NCBI GenBank assembly: GCA_041753515.1
Contig: JBGSUE010000032.1
Span: 1-62,877, forward strand
From: Patescibacteria group bacterium
GTDB lineage: Bacteria > Patescibacteriota > Microgenomatia > UBA10105 > UBA927
Direction of reading: 5' to 3'
DNA: 62,877 nt
Below the pieces are notes generated by a model. The model was not told the DNA's origin, did no database searches, and saw nothing but the letters and a program-made list of their open reading frames with translations. Below are positions 19,543-29,183 of this stretch, one piece after another; positions within the stretch are counted from its first letter, which is position 1, and every line of letters begins with the position of its first letter. A program made the translations under genes and the position numbers.

Positions 19543-19956
19543 TTACCATTTAATCCTGTACCGTTTTGTATTGACCCCACCGCTATTTAATGTCGTTTTT
19601 ACCGTCAGTTGCGCATTGGTGATAATGGTGTGCGGTGTGCAGACGCCTTTTGAACACGTGCCGAAATACAGATTTCTTGCATCGCTTGACCCTGATGGGG
19701 TAAGAGTACCGATAGCCCCCTGAGGTATGCCGTTTGCAGTATATGAAAGTTCATAGTTGACTTTAGAAACGCGGTCGAGATTTTTGAATGTAATATCAAC
19801 GCTTCTGGCAGGTCGGTTGAGTTTAGCTGATGAGTATGATACAGCGTCGATTGACCCACCTGAACGGACTGCGGGTTTGTAATACACCCGTTGTTTGAGT
19901 GCATAGACAGGTTTACTGGCAAACAGTGCAATAACAAGTATCAGAATCCATTTCAT
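19543..19956 (-). CDS. Hypothetical secreted protein
   Basis: Signal peptide MKWILILVIALFASKPVYA followed by a beta-rich 115-aa domain. No family recognised. Confidence 0.5.
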   Translation of the reverse strand: MKWILILVIALFASKPVYALKQRVYYKPAVRSGGSIDAVSYSSAKLNRPARSVDITFKNLDRVSKVNYELSYTANGIPQGAIGTLTPSGSSDARNLYFGTCSKGVCTPHTIITNAQLTVKTTLNSGGVNTKRYRIKW

Positions 19957-20006
19957 ATAACATTATTATAAATAAATTGACGTTTTCGTGCTATACTGAA
20001 AAAACA

Positions 20007-20630
20007 ATGCATAAAAAATCCGTCATTATCATTGTTGTGGTGACACTGCTTCTGATATCTTCCGTATTTACCATAATCCTTTTTACCAATTCAAAAAAAA
20101 ATGAGGAAACAGATGACACCACTCTTTCTCCTGAAGTTGAGCTTCCTGTTGTATCAAAAACATGGAACGATCCGGCGGGCTTCACTCTTGAAATTCCCGA
20201 AGATATCACCATCGATACGCATGAAAAAGACGACACGGTCAATTACGCACATCTGGAGTTGACACACCCAGAGCATCCGGGGTTTATCATTGTATGGGTC
20301 AAGGATACGACAGCGTCTGATGTGACGGCCTGGGTGCGGACTGAGGCGGCATTTGAAGGCGCCAATATCATCGATACTGTGCTTGGTGGAAAAGCCGGGA
20401 AGAAAGTGATTGTGAGCGAACCGCGCAAAGTTGTATATACGGGGATAATATCCGATGGACTTCTGTTTTTGGTGGAAGGCAATTTCGGTGATGATCCGTA
20501 TTGGAGCGGCCTGTACAATAGTCTCACCGGCAGTTTTGTGCTCCTGCCGACTCCGACACAGCCGGGATCCGCTGCATCATCAAACTCCGCCCCCGCCGCC
20601 TCCTACGATGAAGAGGAAGTATTGGAGTAA
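20007..20630 (+). CDS. Hypothetical membrane-anchored protein
   Basis: MHKKSVIIIVVVTLLLISSVFTIILF anchor. TATACT (19992-19997) lies 9 nt upstream of the ATG. No family recognised. Confidence 0.5.
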   Translation: MHKKSVIIIVVVTLLLISSVFTIILFTNSKKNEETDDTTLSPEVELPVVSKTWNDPAGFTLEIPEDITIDTHEKDDTVNYAHLELTHPEHPGFIIVWVKDTTASDVTAWVRTEAAFEGANIIDTVLGGKAGKKVIVSEPRKVVYTGIISDGLLFLVEGNFGDDPYWSGLYNSLTGSFVLLPTPTQPGSAASSNSAPAASYDEEEVLE

Positions 20631-20632
20631 AA

Positions 20633-21208
20633 CTACGTTTTTGCCGGTACCCGGTTTATTGCCGATGCACCCATTATTATTCGTGCATTCCAACTTAAAT
20701 TTTTTTGCTGGGGTTTCATAACATTAAATGACAAATCCGGAACACCAGGTACCTGACAAAAGAATTCACGATAATCTGGGTGTTTAAATACTTGATATCG
20801 TGGAAAACCTTGTTCTAATCCTTCAATAATATCGCGACATTCTGGTATTAAACTCAGATCAGATAATGTTCCGTCTTTATCTATTAATCCAAAAGCTCTG
20901 TAAAGTTCTGTTCTTACTTCTTCAGGTAAATTTGATGTATTTCCTTCCAAATCAAATGCGAGGGTATTAGATCTTTTTCTGGGATTTCCTTCTGCTCGTA
21001 TTTCTGCAGCTTTATCATCCATTATTTGTTCATGTCGTTGATCAATGTAAGCCGTATACCCTTTAATTGATGCAAGAGCCTCAGGATATTTTTCGATAAA
21101 ATCTGGATTCTCCAATATGGTATTGATTCTGCGTTTTATTGAATTAAACGGATCCATATTTGCTTCAGCCTCGGCTTTTTCTCCGGCTTCTTTGGCGCGT
21201 TCGCGCAC
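20633..21208 (-). CDS. Hypothetical protein in an AT-rich islet, possibly disrupted at its 5' end by a homopolymer frameshift
   Basis: 191-aa ORF (GTG start; internal ATG at 21157). An upstream open frame (to about 21354, preceded by AGGAGG) would join it if the T7 run at 21225-21231 were one nt shorter. Confidence 0.45.
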   Translation of the reverse strand: MRERAKEAGEKAEAEANMDPFNSIKRRINTILENPDFIEKYPEALASIKGYTAYIDQRHEQIMDDKAAEIRAEGNPRKRSNTLAFDLEGNTSNLPEEVRTELYRAFGLIDKDGTLSDLSLIPECRDIIEGLEQGFPRYQVFKHPDYREFFCQVPGVPDLSFNVMKPQQKNLSWNARIIMGASAINRVPAKT

Positions 21209-21478
21209 TGCATCAAAGGCCTTCTTTTTTTATGGCAGGATCCTTATGCAGACCAAGCTCAGTTATTGCGCCAGTCAATTCTCTTGCTTTTTTCACTCTT
21301 GCCTGCTTAAATGCCGGACTGCCGCCAACTGGAAATTTGCCTTCTGTTATATAGATTTCCTCCTATAGTCCTGATTTTGGCAGAGAGAGAGAGGAGTGTC
21401 AAGAAAATGCTATTATGAAATATTTCCTGCACGTTTTAATGATTTTTTGATTGACTTGATGAGATATTTGGCAATTTG

Positions 21479-21487
21479 TGATATAAT
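21479..21487 (+). promoter_or_regulatory. Extended -10 promoter TGaTATAAT for the RRM-protein gene
   Basis: TGATATAAT at 21479-21487. A ~100-nt leader follows, with SD AAGGAG before ATG 21590. Confidence 0.4.
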
Positions 21488-21589
21488 CTGAAAGTCTAGG
21501 AAAGAAGTGAATCGTCCTTGTGAATTGCTTCATGCAGATTCTCTTCAGGCGTTATATGTCTTCTGGTCCTGGAGAGAAAGGAGTCCATT

Positions 21590-21841
21590 ATGGCAAACTT
21601 ATTTGTAGGGAATCTTCCTTATGAATTGGATGATGCTGCACTTGGTGCCCATTTTGCAGGTGCCGGAACAGTCGTTTCGGCTAAAGTCATTAAAGACAAA
21701 TATTCCGGCCGCTCACGCGGATTCGGATTTGTCGAGATGTCAAGCGATGAGGAAACCAAAAAAGCCATCGAAATGTACAACGGAAGCGATTTAAGCGGCC
21801 GTGCACTCGTGGTGAATGAAGCAAGACCACCGAAACAATAA
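21590..21841 (+). CDS. RNA-binding protein with a single RRM domain
   Basis: RNP2 LFVGNL and RNP1 RGFGFVEM motifs; 83 aa. Confidence 0.85.
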   Translation: MANLFVGNLPYELDDAALGAHFAGAGTVVSAKVIKDKYSGRSRGFGFVEMSSDEETKKAIEMYNGSDLSGRALVVNEARPPKQ

Positions 21842-21866
21842 GGGAATATTTTTATATTCGATTGGG

Positions 21867-21895
21867 AAACCGGCTTTTCTTAAGCCGGTTTTTCC
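21867..21895 (+). terminator. Rho-independent terminator
   Basis: AACCGGCTT (21868-21876) pairs with AAGCCGGTT (21882-21890) across a 5-nt loop, followed by TTTTT. Confidence 0.75.
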
Positions 21896-21951
21896 ATTTA
21901 TAGCGGGCTAAATTTGTTTTTCCCTGCCGGTTTTGGTACTATTAAGACCAT

Positions 21952-22422
21952 ATGTATGAAAGCCCTTCATACGGCACGTTGCATGTATCTGAAGTACGCG
22001 ACAGGATCCTTGATTTTATGGCCGAGAAATCCGATAGCCAGTACAGAATGATTATCGGTACGGATTCCCAGCCTCACAATGGTAGGGGTGTGGATTTTGT
22101 GACTGCATTTGTCGTACACCGGATCGGAAACGGTGGGATTTTTTTTTGGAAACGGGTCGTGAAGAAAAAAATATATGTCCTCAAAACCAGGATGTATGAA
22201 GAAGCGCTGATATCTTTGGAAGAGGCGGAAGCGTTTGTTGGACTTTTCAAAAATGATGGAATCGGCAAATACAATCTTGAAATCCACGTGGATATCGGAA
22301 AAAACGGAAAGACACGGGAAATGATTGCTGAAATTGTCGGTATGATCCGCGGCAGCGGATATACAGTAAAAATCAAACCGGATAGTTTTGCGGCAACAAA
22401 AGTGGCGGATAAGTATACGTAA
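21952..22422 (+). CDS. YkuK/DUF458 family protein (RNase H-like fold)
   Basis: 156 aa. The IIGTDSQ...VTAFVVHR...HVDIG pattern is typical of DUF458. Confidence 0.65.
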   Translation: MYESPSYGTLHVSEVRDRILDFMAEKSDSQYRMIIGTDSQPHNGRGVDFVTAFVVHRIGNGGIFFWKRVVKKKIYVLKTRMYEEALISLEEAEAFVGLFKNDGIGKYNLEIHVDIGKNGKTREMIAEIVGMIRGSGYTVKIKPDSFAATKVADKYT

Positions 22423-22445
22423 TTTTTTGATAGGGGGTGAAAAGT

Positions 22446-23018
22446 ATGATGAAAGTGATAATTTTTTTGATCATTGCGGCGCTGGGCGTGACTGCGGGAT
22501 GGTACGCATTTGGCGGACAGGGGAATATCCCGCCGTTTCCCATTGAAACGGCAAAAAATGAAACGGATCAGAAAGATGACTCATTGCCACAACCGACGCT
22601 GGAAAGCTCGGGTCTTTTTGACTATCAGGATTCACAAACGACGGTTGTGCCAACATCTGGATCAACTTTTTCCGATACCACAAAAGGCGGAGTAGTCACT
22701 CCGACTGCAAAACCTACGGCAAAGGCAAGTCCGACTGTGCCGGTTGTTAAATATACGGCAACTGTTTCTTATACAAATAATGGATTTTCTCCAATGGTAT
22801 TGACCGTGAAAGCCAATACAAAGGTGACGTTTACCAATAATTCCGATAAAAATATGTGGGTAAGAACATCAGCCAGCGGTCAACTGACTGATTTTGATCA
22901 GTTGAAAAGCATAGCCCGCGGTGGGACATATGAATTCTTATTTACCAGTGTCGGTACATGGAAATATGAGAACCGTGTGACACCTGAACATACAGGAGTG
23001 ATTATCGTTACCCAATAA
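22446..23018 (+). CDS. Membrane-anchored protein with C-terminal cupredoxin-like beta-sandwich
   Basis: TM anchor, T/P-rich linker, and a C-terminus (VKANTKVTFTNNSDKNMWV...GTYEFLFTSVGTWKYENRVTPEHTGVIIV) that resembles EfeO/plastocyanin-like domains. SD AGGGGG lies 8 nt upstream of ATG 22446. Confidence 0.45.
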   Translation: MMKVIIFLIIAALGVTAGWYAFGGQGNIPPFPIETAKNETDQKDDSLPQPTLESSGLFDYQDSQTTVVPTSGSTFSDTTKGGVVTPTAKPTAKASPTVPVVKYTATVSYTNNGFSPMVLTVKANTKVTFTNNSDKNMWVRTSASGQLTDFDQLKSIARGGTYEFLFTSVGTWKYENRVTPEHTGVIIVTQ

Positions 23019-23026
23019 ACCTTTCT

Positions 23027-25399
23027 TCAGGTTTCTTGAGGTGTTGGGGTTGCCGGTGGCATCCTGCAGGTGTTTCCTGCGGGTTCCGTTCCTTTGGTGA
23101 AATATTCCTTCTTCCCTCCGTAACAGGGGATTTCTACTACTCCGGGAGGTTTCTCCGGAATGTTGTCCTGCTTGTCAGCAAGGAGAGAATTCATAATATC
23201 GTGCCAGATTGGGGATGCGCCGGTTACGCCGCTTGTGAGGGTCGGGTTCATGGGGGAATTATCATTGTTTCCCACCCAAACAGCCGTGAGAATTTCGGGT
23301 GTATACCCGATAGTCCAATTGTCCCGTTTATCATTGCTGGTTCCGGTTTTTACGGAAACGGTTTTTCCCGGAATGACAAGATCGGACCGCGGTCCGAATG
23401 CCGGAGTCCGGGCACTGTTGTCGCTTAAGATATTGGATATGATCCATGCCGTTTCAGTGCGGATTGCCTGAAGACCTGCGTCAGGTGTAAATTTATCTAT
23501 AACACGGCCAGTATAATCCGATACTTCAAGAATAGGCATGAGATTTCTGTGGACACCTTTGTTGGAAAGAGTCCCATACACTTGTGCCATTTCAATCATT
23601 GTCACATCGCCGCCACCAAGGGTAAGGGAGAGACCAAATCTGGTTGGATTATTCCAGGATTCGGTAATTCCCATCCGGATTCCTGTTTCCACCATTGTTT
23701 TGACTCCGATTTTAGCAAGAGTCTTTACAGCAGGAATGTTGTAGGAATTGGCAAGAGCCGAACGCAGAGTGACTGTCCCATGATACCGTCCGTCGTAATT
23801 GACCGGTGTGTAGGGTTCACTTCCGGGAATTTTGTAGGTTATGGGAGAATCGTTGATAAGCGTTGCCGCACTAAATCCGTTTTCCAGAGCTGCGGCATAA
23901 TTCACAACTTTAATCGAGGAACCTGGCTGTCTCAATCGTGTGGATACATTTACATTACCGTCATTCTCGTAATCAAAATAGTTGGCGCTTCCCACCATTG
24001 CAAGTATTTCTCCGGTTGTCGGGTTTGTGACGAGTGCGGCACCGTTGCCCACGTTTAATGGTTTGAGAGCGCTGATATGCCGGGATACAGTCTGTTCTGT
24101 CAGTGTTTGGATGTCGGAATCCAGTGACGTGACAACGCGCAAGCCCCCCTGTTGGATCAACCGGGCACCGTAGCGTTTTTCAAGAAGATCTTTGACAAAC
24201 ATGACAAAATGTGGCGCCTTTATGCCACTGTCCTGTTGGCGATACACGATCGGTTCATCCAGTGCGGTATTGTATTGATCTTCGGAAATATATCCGTCAT
24301 CACGCATTCTGCGCAGCACTTCTCTTTGTCGCACTATCGCAAGATCGGGTTTGGCTCCGAACGGTGAATACGTGCTTGGTGCTGCCGGGAGTCCGGCTAA
24401 AAGTGCCGCCTCGTTTAGGGTCAGATCTTTGACTGATTTGCCGAAATACATTCGGCTTGCGGATTCAATTCCCCACGCAGTCCCGCCGTACGGCACCTGA
24501 TTTAAGTACATTTCAAGAATCTGGTTTTTTGAATAGATGCGTTCCGCTTCAAGTGACAAAACAAGTTCTTTCAGTTTTCGTGTAATGGTTATTTCAGGAG
24601 TAAGAAGGGCAGATTTGATGAGCTGTTGTGTGATAGTTGAACCACCCTGCAAATGGTCGTTGCGCAAGGTTTCATTGGCAGCCCGTGCAATACCCCGAAG
24701 GGAGAAGCCTGGGTGCGTATAAAACTCACGATCCTCAATTGCGATTGTTGCTTTCTGTACTATATCCGGAATTTCATGAAGTGGGAGCGGGGTTCGGTTT
24801 TCATCCGCGTATATCTCGTAGAGTACTGTACCGCTACGGTCATAAATTTTTGTCGCAACGGGAATGGATCGGGCGGATAAAAGGATCGGGCTGGGAAGCT
24901 GATCCATCCATGATGTATAGACATACGGCAGAAAAACAAAAAAAAGTGCTGCACAGACACCCAGGAAAAAAGATTGGAACCTCCATGCCAAGTGCAGAGG
25001 TGCAGGGTAGACGGTGAGAGGCCGTTTTTTTGACGCTCTGGGCCCCATCCGTACCCGTAATTTCCATAATACTGTGTGTATGGCATCATTCGCCTTTTGG
25101 AACGGAATGAGGGTCATTAATAATAGTTTTTTGAGATATGAAAACCGGATAAATGGCATGGCAAAACGGAGTGCCTCTTTGAGTGAAGAGTAATAAATCT
25201 TTGGGAGTTTGGACCATTGAGGTTCGAGTATTTTCTTTTTCCTTCGTGATTTTTTCTGCTGGATAGTCCATGGTGAAAATGCTGTTGAGATGAGCCGGAA
25301 GGGAAAAAGGAACACAGCGGCAAGTATTTTCTTTACGCCATCCCCGATTGCTATAAGTCCGTCAATAATTCCCATGATGATGGCAGTAATAATATACAT
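23027..25399 (-). CDS. Class A penicillin-binding protein (glycosyltransferase GT51 + transpeptidase), paralog A
   Basis: GT51 motifs EDREFYTHPG, GGSTITQQL and RKLKE. Transpeptidase motifs SSIK (SxxK), SYN (SxN) and KTGT. Confidence 0.9.
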   Translation of the reverse strand: MYIITAIIMGIIDGLIAIGDGVKKILAAVFLFPFRLISTAFSPWTIQQKKSRRKKKILEPQWSKLPKIYYSSLKEALRFAMPFIRFSYLKKLLLMTLIPFQKANDAIHTVLWKLRVRMGPRASKKRPLTVYPAPLHLAWRFQSFFLGVCAALFFVFLPYVYTSWMDQLPSPILLSARSIPVATKIYDRSGTVLYEIYADENRTPLPLHEIPDIVQKATIAIEDREFYTHPGFSLRGIARAANETLRNDHLQGGSTITQQLIKSALLTPEITITRKLKELVLSLEAERIYSKNQILEMYLNQVPYGGTAWGIESASRMYFGKSVKDLTLNEAALLAGLPAAPSTYSPFGAKPDLAIVRQREVLRRMRDDGYISEDQYNTALDEPIVYRQQDSGIKAPHFVMFVKDLLEKRYGARLIQQGGLRVVTSLDSDIQTLTEQTVSRHISALKPLNVGNGAALVTNPTTGEILAMVGSANYFDYENDGNVNVSTRLRQPGSSIKVVNYAAALENGFSAATLINDSPITYKIPGSEPYTPVNYDGRYHGTVTLRSALANSYNIPAVKTLAKIGVKTMVETGIRMGITESWNNPTRFGLSLTLGGGDVTMIEMAQVYGTLSNKGVHRNLMPILEVSDYTGRVIDKFTPDAGLQAIRTETAWIISNILSDNSARTPAFGPRSDLVIPGKTVSVKTGTSNDKRDNWTIGYTPEILTAVWVGNNDNSPMNPTLTSGVTGASPIWHDIMNSLLADKQDNIPEKPPGVVEIPCYGGKKEYFTKGTEPAGNTCRMPPATPTPQET

Positions 25400-25486
25400 T
25401 TGACTGTATTTGGAAATAACTCAAAGCGAAGAATTCCATCTGATTTATATCACATCCTATGGGCCTGAAGCAAGAGGGAAGAAGTG

Positions 25487-28400
25487 TTACGAAATTTTAT
25501 ACCAACGGGTAATGGTTTTTGCACTGGTAATTGGAAAGTCAAAACGAGTTTCATTATCTTCGCGTATATATTTCTCTTTAAAATAATCATAGACGCCTTC
25601 TCCGACACGGTTTGTGAGGGCATGCCAATCGGTCTGCTCTGGAATAAACACCTGGGTAATGCCGTTATCGTTGGAAAATTGCTTGACCATGTCAATCATC
25701 TGATCGCACAGAATGTCTACGTTTTCACGGTTTACAATACTACTTGAAGGATTGAAACCACGGAAGATGAGAGCTTTTTGTCCATAGTGTTCAAGTATAT
25801 ACCCTTGGATATTTCCGACGCAGATATTGTCTTTGACAAGATTCATATGGAAATGGTCAGGCCGGTTGAAAAGTTCAATGTCTCCTGCAGTGCATACACC
25901 TGCGGTTGTCTTGGCAAAATAAGACGCGGCATTTTTGGATACATATCCGGTAAGAATAAGATTCGGATCAATCGCTGACCCTTCTTTTGTTTGATATATA
26001 ATTTTTCTATTCTCATTCGCCACCAGTTTTCGAAGTCCATTTTTTCCTGTAAAAAAACGCTGTTCGCTGATAAAAGCTAAAAGATGTCCGAGAGTCACAT
26101 TCGAGATTCCATTATTATGTATTTCCGATAAAGCCTGTTCTGTAATATTTTTCAATTCAAGTTTTGCTTCTTCGGAAATACTGCCGAAGTTTTTCTCTAT
26201 CTGGGTAATCCGTTTTTCATTTGCAAGATGTTGGAGCGATTTGAATATCTCAGGATTATCGTTCAAGTATTGAGCAGTTACTTCCGGAGCATTATCTTTG
26301 TAGTAAATTCCAAAAAGCTCTTGAGCTTTCCCAAGAGCCTTAGCGGTTTCCTTTGGTTGGGACGTATCAATCACAGCACTTTCAGTAAATTGTGCTAATT
26401 TATCTCCAAGCGTAATTCTGGCAATAGCCGCAATATCATGGCTTCTAGATGTAAACCACTCTTTTTGTTCAGCGCTTCCTGCCTGTTTTATCAGGTATGC
26501 AAATGCATCAGCTGCATGTTTAACGTCGCCTCCGGAATTCATGTATTCCATTGACTGGCTATTGGTGAATATAGATTGGAGTATACCGATTGTCCTCGTG
26601 TCAAAATTTTGTCCCTCTCTCAATGTTGCGATTTTTTCCTGTGATGAACTTGCTCCCTGGTATCCCTTTGGCCTAATTTTAATATTTATTAAATCATCAC
26701 AACGGTCTGATAATCTGGATAAATCCGTCTGTATGGAGGAATATGAAGTACCCGGAAATGAAAAAGCAATAGTTTCTGCCAATTGTTCGTTTGCGTTATT
26801 TGTATTCTGTTGTAACGGTTTATTAAGAAATATATCATGTTTAATTTGCCGAATTTTCTCAATAAACTCCTTGCGTTTATCTTCATTTTGCTCATTTACA
26901 TAATGAACAATCACTGAAGGTGATATGTTGCCAAACTCATCGATTGCATGGAAGAATCGTTCTTCAAAGAGCGGATCATTCAGAAATTCTTTCAGTTTTG
27001 GTCGTATGGCATCTGATGTAAGTGCTTGAACAGAACTTTTGAAACTGGTTGGTTTTGAATGGAGAATTTTTCGAAAGAAACGGGTTATATCATATTCGTT
27101 AGGTATATCAAGAATTTTATCTAAACTCATTCTGTCGGTATAGTATATATTTTCTGTTGTTAAACCGAGTGAGTCTTTTAGTTTTTCAAGATTTGAAATG
27201 CTGAAGTTTATAATAATATCCCGTGCCGTTTGATTGTTAACGATACTGCGGAAACGTTGAAAATTTTGAAAATCATAACCAGCCGCATGCGATTTCGTGA
27301 GAATATATTTATTGTTATTCCAGAAGAGATTCCGGTCCGGAATATCCGCATCCCAAACATGATCAAGAAGTTCTTTATGAAGATCTCCTAATTTGATCTT
27401 TAATTCCGGATTGAGTCGAATATAATTATCAACTACACGAAAAGCCCATGGATGATGCGGATCTAATGATGACAAAGATTCAGTTACCATTTCACTATTG
27501 TCAGTCAAACCTTTCGCATGGTTTATGAGCGTCCAAGTGTTTGCAGTTCGATCAAACGGAGGCATTTTTATTTTTAATTGTTCTTTGTATGGAAGTAGTT
27601 GGAGAATATCTTTAGCATGTTCCTCAATAAACCCAAAATTATAGCCCAAATAATTCATACCTTCATATATGGTATCCGTATTTTGCGAGAGGATTAAAAA
27701 GTTGGTATTAAGGTGAGTGGCTTGTTCATTTGCATCTTTGATTGTCATGTCGCCTATTGATAGGCAGATATTACGCCAATCTGATGGTTTTATGGGTGAT
27801 GGAATACCCGGTATTTGAGTGTAAAATCCCTCCCATTTTTCAATAGCTTCTTTCACTGGTTTAAACCGTTCAGCGACGCGTATATCTTTGAAACCAGAAA
27901 GTTTTGCAGAAATAGTCCATGCGAGCTCAACTTCAGATATTGTTGGATTGTGCCGGTTGAATCCGATTGAATTTTCCGTAATTTTATTACCCATCAAGTC
28001 TAGGAAAGTGAGTATATTGTCGATTCTTTCAACGGGTAAATCAAACCAGAACGTATCAAAATCATTAATAACGTGTTTATTGTTTGTTAAGGTAGGCCTC
28101 AGGCCGTGTTTGAAAAAAATTGAAATTTTCTCGTCGAGATTTTGCATACTTAATATGTCCCTATGTCTTTGGTTTGACTGCTCTAACAATTCAGATGTTG
28201 CCCCTGTCATGTAGATTGATTCTATAGAAAAATCATAATATCTATGAATGTCAAAACCCTTTGCTGCTAAATGTTTAACATTTGGGTAATAGGAATCGAT
28301 TTTGTAGGCTTTATCTATTGAATGAGAAAATAGATTCTGTTCCATTTTTCTGGGGAAATTTTTAATTGTATTGTCTGCTGCAATTTCTCCGGCAATATAA

Positions 28401-29107
28401 AGAATACCCGGATTTTCTGTTTCTTTGATAATTCTTGGAACATCGTAAATAGAAATAATTGGATGATTCTGAAGGTCTATTTTTCGGTCAGGGTTTTGAA
28501 TGTCATAATTATTTGAGAAATGTACGATTCTTGCCATATGGCGCTGGACTGATTCAATATTTTCAATAACTTCTCGCGATATTTGTTTGTCTTTCGTCAG
28601 AGTGATGACAAGCGGTTCCCTCCATTTTCCGTCGATTTGAGAGAATTCTTGCAGATCCCAAACGCTTGTTTGATCCCTGACAGGTCTGATTTCGCAGGTT
28701 TTACTGACAAATTTTTGAATCGGATACAGCAGGGTGTCAAATTTTTTCAGATTTTCAACTGCCTCAGGATGTTCGCTGAAGTATTTGAGAAGATATCCCA
28801 TCCCATAGATTCCGGAACTATCAATATATTTATTCATAGTTCTATAAAATTGCTGAGGATTTTCTTGTGTCATGCAGGCTTTAATGAGTACATCATAGCT
28901 TTGGTCATATTTGTGAGGTTTTGGAACGTGTCCTTCATCAAATGGATCTGCCATCTGTGTTTCCAGAAACCGAACGAATTCGATTGCCTTTTTTGGTTGC
29001 TCAATCCCAATATGTTTGAAGTGCTTTTCCATGGCAATATTTCCGCCTACTTTTGCAGGCAGTTTCGCGGCTGCTTCGGCGACTAGTTGTTTTATCGGTT
29101 CACCCAT
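25487..29107 (-). CDS. Orphan giant protein (1206 aa), no recognisable domain
   Basis: Uninterrupted 3.6-kb ORF. Start set at MGEPIKQ (ATG 29107) because the longer ORF overlaps the divergent SDR gene. No TM helix, signal peptide, Walker A or HExxH seen. Visibly AT-rich. Confidence 0.7.
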   Translation of the reverse strand: MGEPIKQLVAEAAAKLPAKVGGNIAMEKHFKHIGIEQPKKAIEFVRFLETQMADPFDEGHVPKPHKYDQSYDVLIKACMTQENPQQFYRTMNKYIDSSGIYGMGYLLKYFSEHPEAVENLKKFDTLLYPIQKFVSKTCEIRPVRDQTSVWDLQEFSQIDGKWREPLVITLTKDKQISREVIENIESVQRHMARIVHFSNNYDIQNPDRKIDLQNHPIISIYDVPRIIKETENPGILYIAGEIAADNTIKNFPRKMEQNLFSHSIDKAYKIDSYYPNVKHLAAKGFDIHRYYDFSIESIYMTGATSELLEQSNQRHRDILSMQNLDEKISIFFKHGLRPTLTNNKHVINDFDTFWFDLPVERIDNILTFLDLMGNKITENSIGFNRHNPTISEVELAWTISAKLSGFKDIRVAERFKPVKEAIEKWEGFYTQIPGIPSPIKPSDWRNICLSIGDMTIKDANEQATHLNTNFLILSQNTDTIYEGMNYLGYNFGFIEEHAKDILQLLPYKEQLKIKMPPFDRTANTWTLINHAKGLTDNSEMVTESLSSLDPHHPWAFRVVDNYIRLNPELKIKLGDLHKELLDHVWDADIPDRNLFWNNNKYILTKSHAAGYDFQNFQRFRSIVNNQTARDIIINFSISNLEKLKDSLGLTTENIYYTDRMSLDKILDIPNEYDITRFFRKILHSKPTSFKSSVQALTSDAIRPKLKEFLNDPLFEERFFHAIDEFGNISPSVIVHYVNEQNEDKRKEFIEKIRQIKHDIFLNKPLQQNTNNANEQLAETIAFSFPGTSYSSIQTDLSRLSDRCDDLINIKIRPKGYQGASSSQEKIATLREGQNFDTRTIGILQSIFTNSQSMEYMNSGGDVKHAADAFAYLIKQAGSAEQKEWFTSRSHDIAAIARITLGDKLAQFTESAVIDTSQPKETAKALGKAQELFGIYYKDNAPEVTAQYLNDNPEIFKSLQHLANEKRITQIEKNFGSISEEAKLELKNITEQALSEIHNNGISNVTLGHLLAFISEQRFFTGKNGLRKLVANENRKIIYQTKEGSAIDPNLILTGYVSKNAASYFAKTTAGVCTAGDIELFNRPDHFHMNLVKDNICVGNIQGYILEHYGQKALIFRGFNPSSSIVNRENVDILCDQMIDMVKQFSNDNGITQVFIPEQTDWHALTNRVGEGVYDYFKEKYIREDNETRFDFPITSAKTITRWYKIS

Positions 29108-29114
29108 TGTGTAT

Positions 29115-29177
29115 ATTGTAGAACATAATGTGAATTTTGAGCATAATTTCACGTTTTTCGGAATCTTGATATATAAT
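29115..29177. promoter_or_regulatory. Divergent promoter region with back-to-back -10 boxes for the giant gene and the SDR
   Basis: Minus-strand TACAAT (29120-29115) lies 7 nt before ATG 29107. Plus-strand TATAAT (29172-29177) lies 6 nt before ATG 29184. No SD on either side. Confidence 0.45.
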
Positions 29178-29183
29178 TCAGGT

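Noticed and set aside
21451-21487. TTGACT at 21451 as the -35 for the TATAAT at 21482.
   Set aside because: The spacer would be 25 nt. The TGn extended -10 reading (21479-21487) is more plausible.
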